A DNA stretch of 64,000 nucleotides from an uncultured Acidobacteriota bacterium (lineage in GTDB: Bacteria; Acidobacteriota; Polarisedimenticolia; Polarisedimenticolales; DASRJG01), in the NCBI GenBank assembly GCA_964647625.1, contig CAZYHZ010000001.1, positions 94,742 to 158,741 on the forward strand, in the 5' to 3' direction. The notes beneath the pieces are model-generated. The model worked only from the letters and a program-made list of their open reading frames with translations, was not told the DNA's origin and made no database searches. Position numbers and translations under genes: made by a program. Below are positions 19,006 to 26,191 of this stretch, in pieces; within the stretch, counting starts at the first letter, position 1; each line of letters starts with the position of its first letter.

Positions 19006-20666
19006 CGGGCCTCCTGGGCCTGGACACGATAGATCGTCCGCTTGCGGTTGCCAAATACGAGCTGCAGCGGAACGCCGAGCGCGCTTTCCGCGGACCGGTC
19101 GCCCGCCCGCGTGACCACCCAGGCGCTGCCCGAGGTCGACAGCGCCCGGCGCGCCGCGGCAGGATCGTCGGTCGCGAGCGTCGCGTCGGGCCGAACCTTC
19201 ATCCCCCACTCCAGCTCGCCGGTCCAGCCGAAAAGCAAGGAAGGACGCCCGAGGTAGTACTCGAGGCTCGGCATGGGGACGTGGTAGAGGACGACCGCGT
19301 CGCCGGGTTTCGCCTCCTTCGCGAGACGCTCACCGACCGGCCGGGTGCCGAGCTCGACGTCGGCCACCGATGCGCCGCCGATGAAGATCGAAAACGTCAG
19401 CACCTGGCCCGCCGCGGCGACCGCGAGGACCGATCGCGCGCGCTTCAGCAGTGCGAGAAGAATCTGCCCCGCCCCGACCGCCGCATAGACGGCGACGATC
19501 GCCCAGGGCCACACGCCGATCTCGGAGATCGCCAGGCGGCCGTCGTTCGCCATGAAACGGCGTAACCCGACAAAGAAGACGGGGGCCAGGAGAAGGAGAA
19601 CGATGCCCGTCCCGATGCCCGCGCGCCGCACGCGGCGGGCGGTGTCGGCGGCGACGCCCGGATCCCAGAGTGTCGCGAGGTACCCCCCGATGAGGATCGC
19701 CAGCGGCGGATAGGCGGGCAGGATGTAGCCCATCAGCTTCTCGTGAGCGACGCTGAAGAAAACGAAGATGAGCCCGAACCAGGACCAGAGGAACGCCGAA
19801 AGGTCCCGCCGGGCCGCAAGCCACGCCGCGGCGCCCGGAAGGAGGGCGATCCACGGGAAGAAGCCGAACGCAACGACCGGGATGAAGAACCAGAGCGGCG
19901 CCGGGTGTTCCTGCGCGGTCCCCGTGAACCGCGCGACGTGCTGGTCGAAGATGAAATAGTGAAGGAACTGCGGCACGCGCCGCTCGATCAGGAAGAACCA
20001 AGGGAGCACCACCGCGGCGGTCAGTGCGGCGCCGGTCACCGGGCGCATCTCCCACGGCAACCGCCACTGCTTTCTCCACAGCATGAACACCGTCACGACA
20101 CCGCATGGGAGAGCGACACCGAGAATCCCCTTGGCGAGTGTCGCCATCGCCATCCCGAAGAAGAAGACGAGATACAGGGAGCGGCGGCGTGTGTGCCACG
20201 CCGCGTAGAACCCGGCGAGCGCGACCGCGATCCACCCGGAGAGGATCATGTCGGTCGTCATGTAGCGGGCCTGCACGAACCATTGCGTGCTCAGCGCGAG
20301 AACCGCCGCGGACAGAAGCGCCGCCCTGTCACCGAGCGCGAGCCTCGCGACGGCGGCGGCGGCGGCGATCCCGATCAAGCCCATGATCGCGACCGGCAGG
20401 CGGGCGGCAAACTCGTTGCGGCCGAGCATCCGGAAGCAGCCCGCGATCATCCAGTAGGAGAGCGGCGGCTTCTCGAGGTACGGGAATCCCTGAAGCTGCG
20501 GGACGACGAGATCGCCCGTGCGGAGCATCGCCGTCGCGACGGACACGTGGCGTCCTTCTTCGGGGTCGAAGATCCCGACCGTCGTCAACCCGGAAAGGTA
20601 GAGGACGACGATCCCTGCGAGCAGGAGGTATCCGGTGAATTTTTTCTGCTGGACCGATAAACCCAC
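19002..20666 (-). CDS. GT39 / ArnT-like phospholipid-carrier-dependent glycosyltransferase (GT-C fold)
   Basis: The polytopic N-terminus has the first-loop acidic motif (FDPEEGRHVSVATAMLRTGDLVVPQL..PYLEKPPLSYW) typical of ArnT/PMT_2 enzymes, and there is a soluble C-terminal domain. GTG start at 20666. Confidence 0.85.
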   Translation of the reverse strand: MGLSVQQKKFTGYLLLAGIVVLYLSGLTTVGIFDPEEGRHVSVATAMLRTGDLVVPQLQGFPYLEKPPLSYWMIAGCFRMLGRNEFAARLPVAIMGLIGIAAAAAVARLALGDRAALLSAAVLALSTQWFVQARYMTTDMILSGWIAVALAGFYAAWHTRRRSLYLVFFFGMAMATLAKGILGVALPCGVVTVFMLWRKQWRLPWEMRPVTGAALTAAVVLPWFFLIERRVPQFLHYFIFDQHVARFTGTAQEHPAPLWFFIPVVAFGFFPWIALLPGAAAWLAARRDLSAFLWSWFGLIFVFFSVAHEKLMGYILPAYPPLAILIGGYLATLWDPGVAADTARRVRRAGIGTGIVLLLLAPVFFVGLRRFMANDGRLAISEIGVWPWAIVAVYAAVGAGQILLALLKRARSVLAVAAAGQVLTFSIFIGGASVADVELGTRPVGERLAKEAKPGDAVVLYHVPMPSLEYYLGRPSLLFGWTGELEWGMKVRPDATLATDDPAAARRALSTSGSAWVVTRAGDRSAESALGVPLQLVFGNRKRTIYRVQAQEAR

Positions 20667-20726
20667 GGCGTGCGAGCGCCCCTCCAGCCTCCTGCCACGA
20701 TCTGCGACAGCCGATGGTAACCGAGC

Positions 20727-20960
20727 TTATCGAGCGCTGCACACGAGGCCGGCGCGTGGGGAGTCGTCCCAGCGGGATCCGAGACTGCCGGCCGCACAGG
20801 CGTTGGTCGCATCCACCAGATAGAAGTAGGCGATCGCCGACGGCGTAGCCCACGAGATCGTCCTCGAAAGCCGCGCCGCCGAGAGAGTTACCCTGCGGTC
20901 AGGGGTGCGCCCACGAAAAGCGAAAATCCGTCGCAACCGCGGGGAGCGAAGACGCGGCAA
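20727..20960 (-). pseudogene. orphan fragment of the shared C-terminal module (remnant or mis-framed small gene)
   Basis: The last 45 aa of the 77-aa ORF read ATPSAIAYFYLVDATNACAAGSLGS + 11 aa + C-SAR-stop. This matches the second half of the module: compare PAPGEASYSLVTGVTSGVEGSLGS + 11 aa + CP in the gene at 30935-34198. The first half of the module is absent. GC3 is coding-like in this frame. Confidence 0.3.
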
Positions 20961-20996
20961 GCGCCGCGATCATGATCGTGACGCCGACTCGCATGT

Positions 20997-23411
20997 CTAC
21001 GGACACGGGTTCGCGTTCGGCCGCGGCGATCCCGCGCTGTTCGTTCCCAGGCCGCCCTCGACGCCGCCGGTCACCCCCGTGACCAGCGAGAACTTCACGG
21101 TACCGGACGGCGGCGCGGACACGTCCGCGACGAAGACGTCGGCGACGTTGCAGTTCCTGGCCGCGGACGGATTCGAGCCGGGGGCCTGCGTGTACACGCC
21201 CGTCGCGCGCAGCACGGCGAGATCACCGAAGTACACGTTCCACGACGCCGGGCCCGATTCCTGCTGCCATTCGACCTTGTTCTTGTCGTCGGTCCCGAAC
21301 ACGTAGATCAACCCATCGCTCGTGTCGCACGCATCCCCCGTGCCGTCGTGGTCGACGTCCGACTGGGATGGATTCGTCACCGTCGGGCAGTTGTCGCAGG
21401 CGTCCCCGAAGGCGTCGGCGTCCGAGTTGTCCTGCGTGGCGTTCGAGTTGTGCGGGCAGTTGTCGCAGGCGTCGCCGCGAAAGTCACCGTCCGAATCCAA
21501 TTGGTCGGCGTTGGCGACCAGGTAGCAGTTGTCGCAGACGTCTCCCAGGCCGTCGCCGTCCAGGTCCGACTGGCCCGGGTTGTATCGTCCCGGGCAGTTG
21601 TCGCAAAGGTCGTGGATGCCGTCCAGGTCGGAGTCTTCGGCCACCGGGCCCTCGTCGACCTTTCCATCGCAATCGTTGTCGATGCCGTCGCAGACCTCGG
21701 TCACGCCGGGATGGACCGCGGCGTTGTTGTCGTCGCAGTCCAGCCCGTTGGGCGCGTACCCCGGCGGCACGCTTCCGGTTTCCGTCGTGGTCGAGTCGGC
21801 GGGGTCGCCGTAGCCGTCGCCGTCGAGATCGCGATAGATCGTCGCCGGAGCGCAATAGCGGCCGCCGGTGTTGCCGGGAGTGCTGGTCGTGCCGCCGGCG
21901 CCCCAGACGATCATCTGGCTACCGGTCCAGACTGCGGTGTGGTAGAGGCGCGGCGACGGCACGTTCGCTCCCATCGAAGTCGCAACCCATGATCCGCTGG
22001 TGGGCTCGTAGCGCCCGCCGGTGTTGGTGCTCACCACAGGAGCCTGTGAATCGTATCCGCCCCAGACGATCATCTCCGTCCCCGTCCATACCGCCGTGAC
22101 ATAGGACCGGCCCGGCGGCGCACCGGGGATCGGGGTCGGCATCCACGAATCCGTGGCTGGATCGTACCGGCCGCCTGTGTTGGAGTTGGCGGCCCCATTG
22201 CTGCCGCCACCCCAGACGATCATTTCTTTTCCGGTCCAGACGGCGGCGTGGTAGTCCCGCGCCGCCGGAGTGTTCACGTCGATCGCGGTCTGAGTCCACG
22301 AGTCGGTGACGGGGTTGTAGCGTGCGCCGGACTTGTAGAGGGCGCCGCCGCTATTTCCATCGCCTCCGCCCCAGATGATCATCTCGGCTCCCGTCCAGAC
22401 GGCGCTGTTGCCGTACCGGTTGAACGGAACGTTCACCGGCGTGTTCACCTGCCACGAATTCGTCGATGGGGTGTATCGCGCTCCGCGGTTATTCCCGCCG
22501 CCCCAGACGATCATCTGAGTCCCGGTCCAGACGGCGCTCGGCTGGCCGGCGAAGAACACGCCGGTGGATGTCGGTGTCCAGGTGTCGGATGCGGGGTTGT
22601 AGCGATCGCCTGTGCTTCCGGCGCCTCCGGCCGAGCCGACGACGATCATCTCGGTGCCGGTCCACACGGCCGAAGGGGTGCCTCGCGCTGCTGGGCCCGG
22701 CGTCTCGTCGTCACCCGAAAACGTCGGCAGCCAGGAGTCCGTCGCGGGATAGTACCGGCCACCGGTATTCAGTGCGGTGAAGTTCGCGGTACCCCCGAAC
22801 ACGATCATCTCGGCTCCCGTCCACACCGCGGCGTGCTGCGCTCGTCCCTGGGGAGCACCGTTCGTCGTGGTCGCCACCCACGTGTCGTTCGTGCAGGAGG
22901 GTGCCGCGGGCGACGGCAGCGTGAACGCGCCGGCCGCCTCGATCGTGGTCGAAATCGATTCGCGATCGATCTTGCGCCACGTGTCGGACGACGGTGGAAG
23001 GAGCCGGTCGGCGAGCGCCGGCCGCACGAGCGTCTCCGCGATCAGGAATGGATCGTCCTGGAGCGCCGCGTACAGCTCGCGAAGGGTCGCGGGGTCTTTC
23101 GTCTCCGCCGCCATCCGGTCCAGCTCGGCCTGAAGCGACGCCGTGTTGATCGCTTGCGCGAGGACGGTCGATCTCTTCAGCGTGTCGGCAATGCGGGCGC
23201 GGATCGAAGCGTCCGGCAAGAGCGCCGACAGCGGGGGCTTCGGGCCCGGGTTGTCCTTCGGCCAGATCCGGTGATCCCAGTAGACCTGCTCGATCGCCCG
23301 CGCCGCTTCGACTCGTTGCTCGAGCGACAGCGTCCGGCCCATCCCCGCCGCTCGGCCGGAAACCAGCGCCGGCAGGCAGATCGAGACTGCGAGAACGACG
23401 GGTGCTCTCAT
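20997..23411 (-). CDS. secreted 7-blade Kelch-repeat protein (paralogue 2) with MopE-type motif, thrombospondin type-3 repeats and shared C-terminal module
   Basis: Signal peptide [19 protein letters not shown]. The conserved N-terminal domain is present ([32 protein letters not shown]...). Seven AVWTGxEMIVWGG blades follow. The MopE motif is DGDGYGDP...[26 protein letters not shown]. Four TSP3 repeats follow (DxDxDGxxDxCDNCPxxxNxxQxD), and the protein ends NANPCP. Confidence 0.9.
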   Translation of the reverse strand: MRAPVVLAVSICLPALVSGRAAGMGRTLSLEQRVEAARAIEQVYWDHRIWPKDNPGPKPPLSALLPDASIRARIADTLKRSTVLAQAINTASLQAELDRMAAETKDPATLRELYAALQDDPFLIAETLVRPALADRLLPPSSDTWRKIDRESISTTIEAAGAFTLPSPAAPSCTNDTWVATTTNGAPQGRAQHAAVWTGAEMIVFGGTANFTALNTGGRYYPATDSWLPTFSGDDETPGPAARGTPSAVWTGTEMIVVGSAGGAGSTGDRYNPASDTWTPTSTGVFFAGQPSAVWTGTQMIVWGGGNNRGARYTPSTNSWQVNTPVNVPFNRYGNSAVWTGAEMIIWGGGDGNSGGALYKSGARYNPVTDSWTQTAIDVNTPAARDYHAAVWTGKEMIVWGGGSNGAANSNTGGRYDPATDSWMPTPIPGAPPGRSYVTAVWTGTEMIVWGGYDSQAPVVSTNTGGRYEPTSGSWVATSMGANVPSPRLYHTAVWTGSQMIVWGAGGTTSTPGNTGGRYCAPATIYRDLDGDGYGDPADSTTTETGSVPPGYAPNGLDCDDNNAAVHPGVTEVCDGIDNDCDGKVDEGPVAEDSDLDGIHDLCDNCPGRYNPGQSDLDGDGLGDVCDNCYLVANADQLDSDGDFRGDACDNCPHNSNATQDNSDADAFGDACDNCPTVTNPSQSDVDHDGTGDACDTSDGLIYVFGTDDKNKVEWQQESGPASWNVYFGDLAVLRATGVYTQAPGSNPSAARNCNVADVFVADVSAPPSGTVKFSLVTGVTGGVEGGLGTNSAGSPRPNANPCP
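21852..22874 (-). repeat. tandem array of 7 Kelch-blade coding repeats
   Basis: Blades were counted in the translation (aa ~180-520 of the protein). The boundaries are approximate. Confidence 0.75.
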
Positions 23412-23518
23412 CGGCGCGCCCCCCTGCCGTGTTATACCGCCAAGACGCCCCGGTGACCTTTTTTTCGGCCGAATGCTAACGGACGCCCCTGGCCTCGTGT
23501 CTTTATGGACCGGAGGAC

Positions 23519-24076
23519 GTGTTGGAACCGACGGATGACGAGCTGATCGCCGAGATCGGGGCGGGATCGGACCTGGCCTTCGACCGGCTGATGCGGAGAT
23601 ACCGCCGCCTCGTCTACCGGGTCGCCTACGGGTTCACCGGTGACCCGGACGACGCGCTCGACGTCGTCCAGGAAACGTTCCTGAAGGTCCACACGCGGCT
23701 TTCGAGCTTCCGCGGCGAGGGCACCGTCAGGAACTGGATCGTGCGGATCGCTTCGAACGAAGCGATGAACTGGAAGCGCTCGTCCCTGCGCGCCGCCGCG
23801 AGCGAGCTCGACGATTCGAGCGAGCCGGCGGTCGACCCGCACTCCGAGCGCGACCCGGCGGGCCGCGCGATCGAGGGGCGGGTGCTGACGCGTTCGCTCG
23901 CGGCGCTCGGCCCGCGACACCGGCTGGCGATCGTTCTTCGCTACTTCGGGGAACGCTCGACGCGTGAGATCGCCGCGGCGCTCGAGTGCAGCGAAGGCAC
24001 CGCCCGCAACGTCCTGTTCCGCGGGCTCGCCAAGCTGCGCACCTTGATGACCGATTCCCAGGAGTCACTCCGATGA
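23519..24076 (+). CDS. ECF (group IV sigma-70) RNA polymerase sigma factor
   Basis: Region 2 reads [38 protein letters not shown]. Region 4 reads [45 protein letters not shown]. The start is GTG at 23519 or TTG at 23522, just after GGAGGA. Confidence 0.9.
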   Translation: MLEPTDDELIAEIGAGSDLAFDRLMRRYRRLVYRVAYGFTGDPDDALDVVQETFLKVHTRLSSFRGEGTVRNWIVRIASNEAMNWKRSSLRAAASELDDSSEPAVDPHSERDPAGRAIEGRVLTRSLAALGPRHRLAIVLRYFGERSTREIAAALECSEGTARNVLFRGLAKLRTLMTDSQESLR

Positions 24077-24969
24077 GCGACTGTTCCCGCTTCGAACCGA
24101 TGTTCGAGCGTTTTCTCACGTCCGAGCTCGACCCGCAGTCGGTGTCGGACCTTCTGGCTCACACCGCGAGCTGCGAAGACTGCCGCCGCCTGCTGTCGAT
24201 TCACGGCGACCTCACGGGCGCCGGCGCGCGCGTGCCGGAGCCGGACGAGAGCGAATTCGATTTCCGCCAGGAGCGCGTCCTGCGGCAGGTCTCGCGCAGG
24301 CGCTCCGGCCGCCGTCTTCGTGTCGCAGCGCTCGCGGCGGGGTTGATCCTGCCGTTCGCCGTCGGACTGCTCATCGGCCGCGCCACCGTGTCGACGCCCG
24401 GCGCGTCCGCGCGTCTGATGGATTCGCTTTACGCCGAGGCGGCGTCCAATCGGGCGCTCGCGGACGTCGAGGACTCGCCGTTCACCTACTCGAACGTGTC
24501 GTACCGGCGGCTTCCGCACGATCGCGTCGCGCTCGATTTCGACGTCACGACCCACCTGGCGGCCGTCGAGTCGATCCGCTCGCCCCTCGCTCGCGAGATC
24601 GTCGCGCAGTCGCTCCTGAACCCCGCGAGCGTCGGCGAGCGCCTGAAGGCGATGTCGTTCGCCGCGGGCGGATCCGATCCGACGGTCGAGAAGGCGGTTC
24701 TCTTCGCGCTGCGCCGCGACGACAGCGTCGCCGTCCGGCTCGCCGCTCTGACCGTCCTGTGCGGCCGCCTCGACGACGATGCGGTGCGCGCTGCCTTGAT
24801 GGACTCGCTACGCGACGACCCGTCGGTCCAGGTCCGGCTGGCGGCGCTCGAGTCGCTGGCCGCGCGTCCCGTCGATCGCAGCAAGATCCGCGAGGCGCTC
24901 CGCGTGCGGCCCGCCCCGGGAAACGAGGCGCTGGTCGTCCGGCTCGCCGAAATCGAAAAACAACTCTGA
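24073..24969 (+). CDS. anti-sigma factor (zf-HC2 type) with TM helix and periplasmic HEAT-like repeats
   Basis: ATG at 24073 overlaps the sigma-factor stop as ATGA. The zf-HC2 motif is H-x3-C-x2-C (LLAHTASCEDCRRLL). A TM segment (LRVAALAAGLILPFAVGLLIG) follows. The C-terminal HEAT-like repeats read DDSVAVRLAALTVL and DDPSVQVRLAALESL. Confidence 0.8.
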   Translation: MSDCSRFEPMFERFLTSELDPQSVSDLLAHTASCEDCRRLLSIHGDLTGAGARVPEPDESEFDFRQERVLRQVSRRRSGRRLRVAALAAGLILPFAVGLLIGRATVSTPGASARLMDSLYAEAASNRALADVEDSPFTYSNVSYRRLPHDRVALDFDVTTHLAAVESIRSPLAREIVAQSLLNPASVGERLKAMSFAAGGSDPTVEKAVLFALRRDDSVAVRLAALTVLCGRLDDDAVRAALMDSLRDDPSVQVRLAALESLAARPVDRSKIREALRVRPAPGNEALVVRLAEIEKQL

Positions 24970-24982
24970 AGGAGGAGCTTCC

Positions 24983-26146
24983 ATGAAGAGAGTCGTGCTC
25001 GTCGTCGCCTTGGCCGTCGCCGCTGCCCTCGCCCAGAGGGCATCCGCCGCCGATTCGTCCGGGAATCGCGAATTCAAGGTTGCCGCAGGCGGAAAGCTGA
25101 CGCTGAATCTCGAGACCGGCGGAGGCGTGAAGATCACCGGCACCGGCGGGTCGTCCGTCAGCGTGTCGTACAAGCTGTCCTGCACCCCCGACTGCGAGAT
25201 CGCCTTCGATCAGAGCGGGAGCGACGTGACCGTGAAGACCCGGTTCCAGCACGGCCGCGAGGGTCAGAACGCGAGCAACGACCTCGAGATCCGCGTCCCG
25301 AGCCGCTTCGACGTCGCGCTCGATTCGATGGGCGGCGGCGTCGAGATCGACGGGGTCAAGGGTGAGTTCACCGGTGAGACCAAGGGCGGCGAGATCACGC
25401 TGCACGACGTCGAGGGGCAAGCGAAGCTCCGCACGATGGGCGGCGAAGTCCGCATCACGGATTCGACGCTCGACGGCTCGGTGGAAACGATGGGCGGCGA
25501 GGTCACGATCGCAAACGTGACCGGCAACGTGAAGGGCAGCTCGATGGGCGGCAACGTCCGCTACAAGAACGTTCGCCGCTCCGACGGCAAGCTCGCGTCA
25601 CCGCCGCACACCGGCGGCTCCGACGGCCCCGAGATCACGCAGGACACGGTTCAGATCTCGACCATGGGAGGAGACATCACGACCGACTCCGCTCCGGAGG
25701 GCGCCGAGGTCATGACGATGGGCGGCAACATCACGATCAAGAACGCGGCACGTTTCGTCCGCGCCAAGACGATGGGCGGCGACATCAAGATCGACGCCGT
25801 CGACGGCTGGGTGAAGGCCGCGACGATGGGCGGCAATCTCGACGTCGCGCTGGCCGGCGGCGGCGGAGACGTCGATCTGACGTCGATGTCGGGAACCGTC
25901 GTGCTCCACGTGCCCTCGGGCTTCGGGATGAGCCTCGAGCTCGAGATCGCATACACGAAGAACAGCAGCAAGGAGTACACGATCACGGCACCGGGCGGCG
26001 GATCTCCGACGGTTTCCCCCGAGTGGGATTACAGCCAAGGGAGCCCGCGCAAGTACATCCGCAAGTCCGGCAGCGTGAACGGCGGCGCCCACAAGGTCGC
26101 CGTGAAGACCGTGAACGGCAGCATCACGGTGATCGAGGATCGGTAG
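24983..26146 (+). CDS. secreted DUF4097-like beta-helical 'putative adhesin' protein
   Basis: AGGAGGA lies 7 nt before ATG at 24983. Signal peptide MKRVVLVVALAVAAALAQRASA. About 12 iterations of an MGG-x-V/I-x-I/V rung motif follow (MGGGVEIDG, MGGEVRITD, MGGEVTIAN, MGGNVRYKN, MGGDITTDS, MGGNITIKN, MGGDIKIDA, MGGNLDVAL). Confidence 0.8.
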   Translation: MKRVVLVVALAVAAALAQRASAADSSGNREFKVAAGGKLTLNLETGGGVKITGTGGSSVSVSYKLSCTPDCEIAFDQSGSDVTVKTRFQHGREGQNASNDLEIRVPSRFDVALDSMGGGVEIDGVKGEFTGETKGGEITLHDVEGQAKLRTMGGEVRITDSTLDGSVETMGGEVTIANVTGNVKGSSMGGNVRYKNVRRSDGKLASPPHTGGSDGPEITQDTVQISTMGGDITTDSAPEGAEVMTMGGNITIKNAARFVRAKTMGGDIKIDAVDGWVKAATMGGNLDVALAGGGGDVDLTSMSGTVVLHVPSGFGMSLELEIAYTKNSSKEYTITAPGGGSPTVSPEWDYSQGSPRKYIRKSGSVNGGAHKVAVKTVNGSITVIEDR

Positions 26147-26191
26147 AAGGTCCGCGGGATCGGCGGGCGCCGGGATGTTAGGCTCGGCGCC

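Noticed and set aside
23412-23518. A possible ECF-type promoter (CTAAC-N15-CGTGTC) upstream of the sigma gene. CGTCT elements also lie upstream of Kelch paralogues 2 and 3.
   Set aside because: The matches to the GGAAC-N16/17-CGTC-type consensus are weak, the spacing is inconsistent, and no motif is shared by all four Kelch upstream regions. This is speculative without 5' end data.
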